64,000 nucleotides of DNA from Eledone cirrhosa (taxonomy: Eukaryota), in assembly GCA_964016885.1 (NCBI GenBank), contig OZ024761.1, positions 10,788,001-10,852,000 on the forward strand, given 5' to 3'. The position numbers and the translations under genes are program-made. Below the pieces are notes generated by a model. It made no database searches. It had not been told where the DNA came from and saw nothing but the letters and a program-made list of their open reading frames with translations. Shown here piece after piece: positions 14,357-25,952 of the stretch (position 1 is the first letter of the stretch; each line of letters opens with the position of its first letter).

Positions 14357-17300
14357 TATAACTTTGAATAACTTTGAAATGTTTTGGCCAGTATTGGCCC
14401 AGGCCATGTCTAACTTAATAGCACCACCTGGCGAAGTCTTTCAATTCAGGATTTGGGCACCATGGCCCATTCGAGAAGAGAATTACTGTTTGCGGAGACA
14501 TATCCGGGTGTGGGTGGTTTGTCCGGGATTACTTGGAGGAATTTGTCCAAAGACTTCTTGAATTTTGTGTGGTCAGTTTCTGTTTTGACGTGTCCTGGTG
14601 TGATGTTGAAGAGAGCAGGGCCGATTGAGGTGAAATAATTGTGCCGTATTGTTGTTATGAGTTGAGATTTAGATTTTTGAATGGGACGGATAGCACGGGG
14701 CCCAAGCCTTGGGTGTATCTTGAAGGCGATGCCAACATCATTTGGGCAGTGATGATGGAACATTTTCCACATCATGCAGATAATATAACGCTCACGGCGA
14801 CGTTGGAGTGAGTAAAGTTTCAGGTTTTCTAATCGACCCCAGTACTCAAGGTCTGACATGCCATCTATCTTTTTCGTGATTGCCCTTTGAGGAGCTTCAA
14901 GTTTCATGATACTTTGTTTCGTGTGGGGAGACCACAGTGGACAACAGTATTCAAGGTGTGGTCGGGCGAAAGTAGAGAAGAGAAGGATAATGGTGCGGGA
15001 ATCTCTCGACTGGAAGGTTCTGAGGATCCAGGAACACATTCTGCGGGCCATGTCAACTTTGCTGCTTATATGCGTGGTCCAGCTTATATTGCTGTCCACG
15101 GTTACTCCCAAGTCTCTGATGTTGTTAGATGCCACGAGAGTTTCCCCGGAGGAAAGGGAGTACGGGAGTTTCAGAGCATCCTCTTTTCCAAAGTGGATCA
15201 GTTCAAATTTGTCTTCGTTCAGTAACATGTTGTTCTTTTCTGCCCATTGGGTAACAGCCAGTAGGTCTGACTGAAGGCTTATCCGGTCATCCACGCCATT
15301 GATGACCTTTTGGAGCTTGGAATCATCAGCGAAAATTTTAATGTTGCTGTGTTTGATGATGTCAGTGATGTCATTAATATAGATGATGAAGAGAAGTGGG
15401 CCCAACACAGTGCCTTGTGGGACCCCACTACTGACTTTGGCTGGGCTTGATTTGACTCCCTCAACTACAACATGTTGGGTTCTGTTTGACAGGAAGCTCT
15501 TGATCCACTGCAGCAGCTTTCCAGTGACACCAATATTGGACAGCTTTCTCAGTAGAATGTTATGATCAACCCTGTCAAAGGCCTTGCTGAAATCAAGGTA
15601 GATAACATCAGTGTTGGAACCCTCTCCCAAGGCTCTCAAAATGTCATCAAAGTGATGCAGTAGCTGCGTCAGGCAATCCCTTCCATTACGGAATCCATGC
15701 TGGTTGGAGTTCAGCATATTGTTACTCTCAAGGAAGTGGGTCATTCGCGATCTCACCACTCGCTCAAATACCTTAATGATATGAGAGGTGAGTGAGATTG
15801 GACGGTAATTCACGGCAAGGGATTTGTTTCCCTTTTTGAAAACTGGGACAACAGACTGGGATAGAAGGTTTTCTGGCACATATCCAGCATCCAGTGAGTT
15901 CCGCCACAGATTGGCAAGAGGAGATGCAAGTTGGTGTTGACACGCCTCCAAGACACAAGCAGGGAACCTATCGGGACCTACTGCTGAATTATGCTTGATT
16001 TCCTTTATTGCCGCCAGGACATCAGGGGCGCCAAACGTTATGTCCGATAAGGTGTAATGGGGAGTAACATCGCCGATACAGCCCAGATCGGCCATATCAG
16101 GATTGCTGAAAACAGAGCAGTATTGTTTCTGCAGTATCTCACCCATGGTTTTAGCATTGTCTTGAAGAGTGCCATTTTCATCAATTAGAGGGCCAACAGT
16201 AGAGCCAGTGATTTTGTGTTTTTTTGCAAATGAAAAGAACACTTTGGGATTGAGTTTGATCTTCTCAATGGCCCAGGCCTCTTCAGCTCTTCTCTGATTG
16301 TTGATGAGGGACATTATGTTGTTTTGGAGGTTATGTTTTTTAATCTCTAGTGATGAAATGGCAGTCAAGTTGATGTGTTGCTGCTGACAGTATTTCAGCT
16401 TGTTGATTTTTTTGTTCGTTCTCTTAATTTTTCTGATGAGCGTTTTTCTATTTCTAGGGATTCTGCTCTTAGATTTGTTTATAGTTCTTAATGGGGTGTG
16501 TTTAGCACATATGTTTGTAACAGTGTCCACAAATGTCTGCCAGGACTTTTTGATGTTAGTGGGTGTATGAGTGTGCGTGAAGGACCAGTCGACATGTGCA
16601 AGATCATGACTGATCGCTTCCCAGTTTGCATTGTGGAAATCCATAGCGTCAAACGGATGGACAGGAGAGATGACATTGGGTTTGTATATTGGACGGTGGA
16701 ATCTCAGATCACAGAGAACCATGTCATGATCAGAGAGTAGAGTTTTCTCCACTGCAATATTGTGGATATTGTCAGTGTGATTGCTGAAAATTAAGTCTAG
16801 GACGTTTTTGTGGCACCTCGTTGGTTCGAGCACCAGTTGGGATAGGAAGAAATCATCCATGAAGTCAAGAAGCGATTCCACAGCTTCCCTGTCAGAGGTT
16901 GAGGCAGAAGAACCTGGTGGCAGGCTGTTTGTGGACCAGTCAACTCCGGGGAGGTTGAAGTCCCCCATCATTAAGATGTTGTCAGGGTGACACTCTTGGA
17001 TGAAACACTTTATGCTGTTGAGGCATTCCTTGAAGCATGGTACAGGCGTTTGGGGTGGCCTATAGAGCCCAACTACTAATAGGTTGTTGGTTTGACTGAA
17101 TACAGTGACTGCTTCACAGTATCCATTAGTGAATATGTTCATAGCCTCTGTTGAGAAAGAATTATGGACATAAATGGCAGTTCCGCCCTTTCTTCTGTCA
17201 GCGCGATCAGCACGGATGGCTTTGAAATTTTTCACTTTCACCTCGGCTTCCAAGTGGAGGTTACTGAGATGGGTTTCAGTGAGGACGAAGAAAGGGATGT

Positions 17301-17691
17301 GGTTTGGATGGACATCAATCCAGTCCTCCAGGAATTTGATCTTCCATTTTTGAGTATTGGTGGAAGGGCTGATGCCTTGGGCGTTAAGCAAAAATGTAGA
17401 GGCGAGAGTGGATGGTTTTAATTGTTTTGGTGTGTTGTTAATTTGTTTGTTTGTTAATGGCAGCAATGGGAGTTTGTGCAGTGGGGTGATAGTGGAGGGT
17501 GGTGCTGGGTGATAGCTCGAATGTTTTTTTCCAGTTCTTTTGCCAGATTCATTATGGCTAAAAAAGAGGAAGAAGTTTCCTGTTTAGAAGACTGTTGGTG
17601 ACTGTGGTAGTGGTTATTTTTATGTAGGTTATGGTTTTTGTTTTTGCTTTTATTTTTAATTTTATTTTCATTTGTCCGACGGGTCCCCGGA

Positions 17692-17693
<2 letters not shown>
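14357..17693 (-). mobile_element. LINE (CR1/L2/Jockey group), 5'-truncated in ORF1, inserted in (TA)n
   Basis: Full ORF2, a short 3' UTR ending in (TTCAAAGTTA)2, and TA arrays on both sides. Confidence 0.88.
14446..17466 (-). CDS. LINE ORF2: APE endonuclease plus reverse transcriptase, uninterrupted 1006 aa
   Basis: APE motifs LNAQG, LTETHL, YRPP, MGDFNLP, LDLIF, SDH. RT motifs NYRPISLTS, QHGFR, YLDFSKAFD, GVPQGTVLGP, FADD, DLGV. Confidence 0.95.
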   Translation of the reverse strand: MLPLTNKQINNTPKQLKPSTLASTFLLNAQGISPSTNTQKWKIKFLEDWIDVHPNHIPFFVLTETHLSNLHLEAEVKVKNFKAIRADRADRRKGGTAIYVHNSFSTEAMNIFTNGYCEAVTVFSQTNNLLVVGLYRPPQTPVPCFKECLNSIKCFIQECHPDNILMMGDFNLPGVDWSTNSLPPGSSASTSDREAVESLLDFMDDFFLSQLVLEPTRCHKNVLDLIFSNHTDNIHNIAVEKTLLSDHDMVLCDLRFHRPIYKPNVISPVHPFDAMDFHNANWEAISHDLAHVDWSFTHTHTPTNIKKSWQTFVDTVTNICAKHTPLRTINKSKSRIPRNRKTLIRKIKRTNKKINKLKYCQQQHINLTAISSLEIKKHNLQNNIMSLINNQRRAEEAWAIEKIKLNPKVFFSFAKKHKITGSTVGPLIDENGTLQDNAKTMGEILQKQYCSVFSNPDMADLGCIGDVTPHYTLSDITFGAPDVLAAIKEIKHNSAVGPDRFPACVLEACQHQLASPLANLWRNSLDAGYVPENLLSQSVVPVFKKGNKSLAVNYRPISLTSHIIKVFERVVRSRMTHFLESNNMLNSNQHGFRNGRDCLTQLLHHFDDILRALGEGSNTDVIYLDFSKAFDRVDHNILLRKLSNIGVTGKLLQWIKSFLSNRTQHVVVEGVKSSPAKVSSGVPQGTVLGPLLFIIYINDITDIIKHSNIKIFADDSKLQKVINGVDDRISLQSDLLAVTQWAEKNNMLLNEDKFELIHFGKEDALKLPYSLSSGETLVASNNIRDLGVTVDSNISWTTHISSKVDMARRMCSWILRTFQSRDSRTIILLFSTFARPHLEYCCPLWSPHTKQSIMKLEAPQRAITKKIDGMSDLEYWGRLENLKLYSLQRRRERYIICMMWKMFHHHCPNDVGIAFKIHPRLGPRAIRPIQKSKSQLITTIRHNYFTSIGPALFNITPGHVKTETDHTKFKKSLDKFLQVIPDKPPTPGYVSANSNSLLEWAMVPKS

Positions 17694-17726
<33 letters not shown>

Positions 17727-17761
17727 TAATAAAATGAAAACACATACTTACATATATATAC

Positions 17762-17817
<56 letters not shown>

Positions 17818-17832
17818 TTATATATATACATG

Positions 17833-17987
<155 letters not shown>

Positions 17988-18154
17988 ATATATATATATA
18001 TATATACATGTATATATATATATATATACATGTATATATATATATATATATACATGTATATATATATGTATATATATATATATACATGTATATATATATA
18101 TATATATAATTGTATATATATATATACATGTGTATATATATATATATACATGTG

Positions 18155-18185
<31 letters not shown>

Positions 18186-19194
18186 ATATATATATATATA
18201 TACATGTATATATATATAAATATATACATGTATATATATATACATGTATATATCTATATATATATATATGGTGGCTGCCAACTCGTTTTCGAGTACGGCC
18301 ACTACTTTATATCCATGTAGGAGAACCCCTACCGATGCGCTGAACGACTGTGACTTTTTAGTCCAGCCAGCGACTTGAAAACTCTGGTACAAACACTACA
18401 CTTGTGACAATTATTGACACATAGTGCTGGGCCCATGGTACCATGTGACGACAAGTGCAGAGAGATCTCCAGATATAAAGCAATGCCTGTGCCGTGAAGC
18501 TTTTATAGTGAGCAAAGGCACTGCACAAAGCCAGTCCCACTCTCTTAACCAAGATGATATTTACCAAAAAGAAGAACAAGTCAACATCATTGGATACCAT
18601 CAGGGTTGCAGGTGTTATATCAGAGTTTTCCTTCTCCTAGAATTCTGCCTTGACAAAGGCTAAGGGGTCATCTCTCCCGGTGATTTTGGATGGCCATTGA
18701 CTCTTAAGAGTATATATATACATGTATATATATATATACATGTATATATATATATATATACATGTATATATATATATATATACATGTATATATATATATA
18801 TACATGTATATATCCATATAAATACATATATACATGTATACATATATACATGTATATATATATACATGTATATATATATACATGTATATATATACATGTA
18901 TATATATATACATGTATATATATATATACATGTATATATATATACATCTATATATATATATATATATATACATGTATATATATATACATAGTATTAGTTA
19001 TACTATTTATGGTTATGTAAACACAAAACCTTAAGCAGTTGTAAGTATTTTACACACACCCTAAATAGTGGTAGGCAGTAATGTATTACTACCTTATTAC
19101 CAGTAAGTTAAGTAGCTCAATGTAAAAACATCAGATGATTTACAGAGCAGTTATATGAAATATAAGAATCAAAGAACTGTTCAAAACATTATTG

Positions 19195-19241
19195 TGCTTA
19201 CAGCTGTTTCCTCCAAACCGAGGTTTGGATTCTTCGGAGCA
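19195..19241 (-). ncRNA. Hammerhead-like motif, family C, with one core substitution (CCGAAGA)
   Basis: Reverse complement reads tgct-CCGAAGA-a tccaaacc tc ggtttgga g-GAAA-cagctg-TA-agca. Stem III is the palindrome ACAGCTGT. Confidence 0.7.
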
Positions 19242-19449
19242 ATTTATTAATGCATGGACAGTTATATGACCTCCCTTTCAGCCGAGAGACATACCAATAC
19301 ATATTCAAACATTGATACATATTCAAACATTGTGGGTCAACATTCATTACAGAATTTAGAGTGGCAGTACACACTTCGAGATTACATTTATATTAATAGG
19401 TACAATCAAAAATCATGATTCTTATATTTCATATATATACATATATATA

Positions 19450-22400
19450 TTTCTCTCACCCCTCTCTCTCGTTTCTCCCACCCCTCTCACTCTCGTTTCT
19501 CTCACCCCTCTCTCTCTTGTTTCTCTCACCCCTCTCTCTCTCGTTTCTCTCATCTCTCTCTCATCTCCCCTCTCTTTTGTTTCTCTCATCTCCCCTCTCT
19601 TGTTTCTCTCAACACCCCTCTCTCTTGTTTCGTTCCCCTCTCTCTCATGTTTCTCTCATCTCCCCTCTCTCTTGTTTCTCTCATCTCCCCTCTCTCTTGT
19701 TTCTCTCATATCTCTCTCTCTCTCTCTTATTTCTCTCATTTCTTTCTCATTCTCTCATCTCTCTCTCTCTTGTTTCTCTCAACACCCCTTTCTCTCGTTT
19801 CTCCCATCTCCCTCTCTCTCTCGTTTCTCCCATCTCCCTCTCTCTCTCCTCATCTCTCTTTCTCTCTCTCACCCCTCACATTTTTCTCCCACCCCTCTCA
19901 TTCTCGTTTCTCTCACCCCTCTCTCTCTCGTTTCTCACGTCTCTATCTCTCTCTCTCGTTTCTCCCATCTCTCCCTCTCTCCCTCGTTTCTCCCATCTCC
20001 CTCTCTCTCTCCTCATCTCCCTCTCTCTCTCCTCATCTCTCTTTCTCTCTCTCACCCCTCTTGTTTCTCTCACCCCTCTCTCTCGTTTCTCTCACCCCTC
20101 TCTCTCTCGTTTCTCCCATCTCCCACTCTCCTCATCTCCCTCTCTCTCTCTCCTCATCTTACTCTCTCTCACCTCTCTCTTGTTTCTCTCACCCCTCTCT
20201 TGTTTCTCTCACCCCTCTCTCTCGTTTCTCTCACCCCTCTCTCTCGTTTCTCTCACTCTCTCCCTCTCTCGTTTTTCTCATCTCCTCTCTCTTGTTTCTC
20301 TCATCTCCTCTCTCTTGTTTCTCTCAACACCCCTCTCTCTTGTTTCTCTCATCTCCTCTCTCTTGTTTCTCTCATCTCCTCTCTCTTGTTTCTCTCATCT
20401 CCTTCTCTCTTGTTTCTCCCATCTCCCTCTCTCTTGTTTCTCTCATCTCCCCTCTCTCTTGTTTCTCTCATCTCCCTCTCTCTTGTTTCTCTCAACACCC
20501 CTCTCTCTTGTTTCTCTCATCTCCTCTCTCTTATTTCTCTCAACACCCCTCTCTCTTGTTTCTCTCATTTCCTCTCTCTTGTTTCTCTCAACACCCCTCT
20601 CTCTTGTTTCTCTCATCTCCTCTCTCTTGTTTCTCTCATCTCCCTCTCTCTTGTTTCTCTCATCTCCTCTCTCTTGTTTCTCTCATCTCCCTCTCTCTTG
20701 TTTCTCTCATCTCCCCTCTCTCTTGTTTCTCTCATCTCCCTCTCTCTTGTTTCTCTCAACACCCCTCTCTCTTGTTTCTCTCATCTCCTCTCTCTTGTTT
20801 CTCTCATCTCCTCTCTCTTGTTTCTCTCATCTCCCTCTCTCTTGTTTCTCCCATCTCCCTCTCTCTTGTGTCTCTCATCTCCCCTCTCTCTTGTTTCTCT
20901 CATCTCCCTCTCTCTTGTTTCTCTCAACACCCCTCTCTCTTGTTTCTCTCATCTCCTCTCTCTTGTTTCTCTCATCTCCTCTCTCTTGTTTCTCTCATCT
21001 CCCTCTCTCTTGTTTCTCTCATCTCCCTCTCTCTTGTTTCTCTCATCTCCCCTCTCTCTTGTTTCTCTCATCTCCCCTCTCTCTTGTTTCTCTCATCTCC
21101 CCTCTCTCTTGTTTCTCTCATCTCCCTCTCTCTTGTTTCTCTCAACACCCCTCTCTCTTGTTTCTCTCATCTCCTCTCTCTTGTTTCTCTCATCTCCCTC
21201 TCTCTTGTTTCTCCCATCTCCCTCTCTCTTGTTTCTCTCATCTCCCCTCTCTCTTGTTTCTCTCATCTCCCTCTCTCTTGTTTCTCTCATCTCCCCTCTC
21301 TCTTGTTTCTCTCATCTCCCCTCTCTCTTGTTTCTCTCATCTCCCCTCTCTCTTGTTTCTCTCATCTCCCTCTCTCTTGTTTCTCTCAACACCCCTCTCT
21401 CTTGTTTCTCTCATCTCCTCTCTCTTGTTTCTCTCATCTCCCTCTCTCTTGTTTCTCTCATCTCCCCTCTCTCTTGTTTCTCTCATCTCCCTCTCTCTTG
21501 TTTCTCTCAACACCCCTCTCTCTTGTTTCTCTCATCTCCTCTCTCTTGTTTCTCTCATCTCCTCGCTCTTGTTTCTCTCATCTCCCTCTCTCTTGTTTCT
21601 CTCATCTCCCTCTCTCTTGTTTCTCTCAACACCCCTCTCTCTTGTTTCTCTCATCTCCTCTCTCTTGTTTCTCTCATCTCCCTCTCTCTTGTTTCTCCCA
21701 TCTCCCTCTCTCTTGTTTCTCTCATCTCCCCTCTCTCTTGTTTCTCTCATCTCCCTCTCTCTTGTTTCTCTCATCTCCCCTCTCTCTTGTTTCTCTCATC
21801 TCCCCTCTCTCTTGTTTCTCTCATCTCCCCTCTCTCTTGTTTCTCTCATCTCCCTCTCTCTTGTTTCTCTCAACACCCCTCTCTCTTGTTTCTCCCATCT
21901 CCCTCTCTCTTGTTTCTCTCATCTCCCCTCTCTCTTGTTTCTCTCATCTCCCCTCTCTCTTGTTTCTCTCATCTCCCCTCTCTCTTGTTTCTCTCATCTC
22001 CCTCTCTCTTGTTTCTCTCAACACCCCTCTCTCTTGTTTCTCTCATCTCCTCTCTCTTGTTTCTCTCATCTCCCTCTCTCTTGTTTCTCTCATCTCCCCT
22101 CTCTCTTGTTTCTCTCATCTCCCTCTCTCTTGTTTCTCTCAACACCCCTCTCTCTTGTTTCTCTCATCTCCTCTCTCTTGTTTCTCTCATCTCCTCTCTC
22201 TTGTTTCTCTCATCTCCCTCTCTCTTGTTTCTCCCATCTCCCTCTCTCTTGTTTCTCTCATCTCCCCTCTCTCTTGTTTCTCTCATCTCCCCTCTCTCTT
22301 GTTTCTCTCATCTCCCCTCTCTCTTGTTTCTCTCATCTCCTCTCTCTTGTTTTTCTCATCTCCCCTCTCTCTTGTTTCTCTCATCTCACCTCTCTCTTGT

Positions 22401-25325
22401 TTCTCTCATCTCCTCTCTCTTGTTTCTCTCATCTCCTCTCTCTTGTTTCTCTCATCTCCCTCTCTCTTGTTTCTCTCATCTCCCCTCTCTTGTTTCTCTC
22501 ATCTCCCCTCTCTCTTGTTTCTCTCATCTCCCCTCTCTCTTGTTTCTCTCATCTCCCCTCTCTCTTGTTTCTCTCATCTCCTCTCTCTTGTTTCTCTCAT
22601 CTCCCTCTCTCTTGTTTCTCTCATCTCCCCTCTCTTGTTTCTCTCATCTCGCCTCTCTCTTGTTTCTCTCATCTCCCTCTCTCTTGTTTCTCTCAACACC
22701 CCTCTCTCTTGTTTCTCTCATCTCCCCTCTCTCTTGTTTCGTTCATCTCCTCTCTCTCTCGTTTTTCTCATCTCCTCTCTCTTGTTTCTCTCATCTCCTC
22801 TCTCTTGTTTCTCTCATCTCCCCTCTCTCTTGTTTCTCTCATCTCCCTCTCTCTTGTTTCTCTCAACACCCCTCTCTCTTGTTTCTCTCATCTCCTCTCT
22901 CTTGTTTCTCTCATCTCGTCTCTCTCTTGTTTCTCTCATCTCCTCTCTCTTGTTTTTCTCATCTCCCCTCTCTCTTGTTTCTCTCATCTCCTCTCTCTTG
23001 TTTCTCTCATCTCCCCTCTCTCTTGTTTCTCTCATCTCCCTCTCTCTTGTTTCTCTCAACACCCCTCTCTCTTGTTTCTCTCATCTCCTCTCTCTTGTTT
23101 CTCTCATCTCGTCTCTCTCTTGTTTCTCTCATCTCCTCTCTCTTGTTTTTCTCATCTCCCCTCTCTCTTGTTTCTCTCATCTCCTCTCTCTTGTTTCTCT
23201 CATCTCCCTCTCTCTTGTTTCTCTCAACACCCCTCTCTCTTGTTTCTCTCATCTCCTCTCTCTTGTTTCTCTCATCTCGCCTCTCTCTTGTTTCTCTCAT
23301 CTCCTCTCTCTTGTTTCTCTCATCTCGCATCTCTCTTGTTTCTCTCATCTCCTCTCTCTTGTTTCTCTCAACACCCCTCTCTCTTGTTTCTCTCATCTCC
23401 TCTCTCTTGTTTCTCTCATCTCGCCTCTCTCTTGTTTCTCTCATCTCCTCTCTCTTGTTTCTCTCATCTCCCTCTCTCTTGTTTCTCTCAACACCCCTCT
23501 CTCTTGTTTCTCTCATCTCCTCTCTCTTGTTTCTCTCATCTCCTCTCTCTTGTTTCTCTCATCTCCCCTCTCTCTTGTTTCTCTCATCTCCCTCTCTCTT
23601 GTTTCTCTCAACATCCCTCTTTCTTGTTTCTCTCATCTCCCTCTCTCTTGTTTCTCTCAACACCCCTCTCTCTTGTTTCTCTCATCTCCTCTCTCTTGTT
23701 TCTCTCATCTCCCCTCTCTCTTGTTTCTCTCATCTCGCCTCTCTCTTGTTTCTCTCATCTCCCTCTCTCTTGTTTCTCTCAACACCCCTCTCTCTTGTTT
23801 CTCTCATCTCCTCTCTCGTGTTTCTCTCATCTCCCCTCTCTCTTGTTTCTCTCATCTCCCTCTCTCTTGTTTCTCTCAACACCCCTCTCTCTTGTTTCTC
23901 TCATCTCGCCTCTCTCTTATTTCTCTCATCTCCCTCTCTCTTGTTTCTCTCATCCCCTCTCTCTTGTTTCTCTCATCTCCTCTCTCTTGTTTCTCTCATC
24001 TCCCCTCTCTCTTGTTTGTCTCATCTCCCCTCTCTCTTGTTTCTCTCATCTCCCCTCTCTCTTGTTTCTCTCATCTCTCTCTCTCTTGTTTCTCTCATCT
24101 CCCCTCTCTCTCGTTTTTCTCATCTCATCTCTCTTGTTTCTCTCATCTCCTCTCTCTTGTTTCTCTCACCCCTCTCTTGTTTCTCACACCCCTCTCTCTC
24201 GTTTCTCTCACCCCTCTCTCTCGTTTCTCTCACTCTCTCCCTCTTATTTATCTCACTCTCTCACTCTCTCGTTTTTCTCATCTCCTCTCTCTTGTTTCTC
24301 TCATCTCCTCTCTCTTGTTTCTCTCAACACCCCTCTCTCTTGTTTCTCTCATCTCGCCTCTCTCTTGTTTCTCTCATCTCCCCTCTCTCGTGTTTCTCTC
24401 CTCTCCCTCTCTCTTGTTTCTCTCATCTCCCCTCTCTCTTGTTTCTCTCAACACCCCTCTCTCTTGTTTCTCTCATCTCCTCTCTCTTGTTTCTCTCATC
24501 TCCCTCTCTCTTGTTTCTCTCATCTCCCCTCTCTCTTGTTTCTCTCATCTCCCCTCTCTCTTGTTTCTCTCATCTCCCTCTCTCTTGTTTCTCTCAACAC
24601 CTCTCTCTCTTGTTTCTCTCATCTCCCCTCTCTCTTGTTTCTCTCAACACCCCTCTCTCTTGTTTCTCTCATCTCCCCTCTCTCTTGTTTCTCTCAACAC
24701 CTCTCTCTCTTGTTTCTCTCATCTCCCCTCTCTCTTGTTTCTATCAACACCCCTCTCTCTTGTTTCTCTCATCTCCTCTCTCTTGTTTCTCTCATCTCCC
24801 TCTCTCTTGTTTCTCTCAACACCCCTCTCTCTTGTTTCTCTCATCTCTTCTCTCTTGTTTCTCTCATCTCCTCTCTCTTGTTTCTCTTATCTCCCTCTCT
24901 CTTGTTTCTCTCATCTCCCCTCTCTCTTGTTTCTCTCATCTCCCCTCTCTCTTGTTTCTCTCATCTCCCTCTCTCTTGTTTCTCTCAACACCTCTCTCTC
25001 TTGTTTCTCTCATCTCCCATCTCTCTTGTTTCTCTCAACACCCCTCTCTCTTGTTTCTCTCATCTCCTCTCTCTTGTTTCTCTCATCTCCCTCTCTCTTG
25101 TTTCTCTCATCTCCCCTCTCTCTTGTTTCTCTCATCTCCCCTCTCTCTTGTTTCTCTCAACACCTCTCTCTCTTGTTTCTCTCATCTCCCCTCTCTCTTG
25201 TTTCTCTCGTCTCCCTCTCTCTTCTTTCTCTCAACACCTCTCTCTCTTGTTTCTCTCATCTCTCCTCTCTCTTGTTTCTCTCATCTCCCCTCTCTCTTGT
25301 TTCTCTCATTTCTCTTTCTCTCATC
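19450..25325. repeat. 5.9-kb polypyrimidine minisatellite with a 25-27-bp unit (ctctctcttgtttctctcatctcc[c]/caacaccc)
   Basis: Visible directly. It accounts for the three ORFs of about 2000 aa. Confidence 0.95.
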
Positions 25326-25460
25326 AACGATTCGAACTTCAAACACATAGAATGGTCATGCCATACCGAAGTACGACAGCGAAGCCAGAAACGCTACGTG
25401 CAGCGCCACGCACAAGCTGCAATTCTACAGAGTCAAATAGGCATACTTATAGCTAACATT
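25325..25460. repeat. Dispersed repeat of about 135 bp, with a diverged copy at 27069-27200
   Basis: Both copies share caacgattcga..cacatagaatggtcatgccataccgaagtacgacagcgaagcc. Confidence 0.8.
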
Positions 25461-25819
25461 TTCCTTCTTTTTTAAAAAAAAAAGAAACGGAAAGAAAGCA
25501 AGAAAACACGACATATTCCGAGTGTTATCTCGTTTTCTTTCCGTTTCTCTTTCTATATAAGTATAACGGGATATATAGCCATTAAGGAACTACTAGCATT
25601 TTGTACATATATAACGGGATATACACGAATAGAAGCCAGGGAATATGTAGTAAGGGGTTGACTTATATAGGGAGTCAATAGTTTGACCATTTTCGCCAAC
25701 TTCAAATTCTACGTAAATAAGGTTCGCATTTTTGCCCACTTCTCAGACATAAGATAGGGAAGAGGGTCACCTTATATTCGAGTATTTTGTACATCTATTC
25801 TTGTTAGACTAGACCGGCA

Positions 25820-25952
25820 TCATCATGGGTAGAGCCGACCAGGTGCTACTGCGTTGAACGAGACTAAGGCTGTGATGGTCCTCAGGGCACTGCTGTCAAT
25901 CGTCTTTGTGAGGGGCCACGTTTCTGCTCCATAGAGGAGAAGACTGATGCAT
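25820..25952 (-). mobile_element. RTE-type LINE remnant
   Basis: SLLLYGAETWPLTK motif. Confidence 0.55.

Noticed and set aside
19415-25475. Three ORFs of about 2000 aa rich in Ser/Leu
   Set aside because: All three frames are open only because the CT satellite lacks stop codons.
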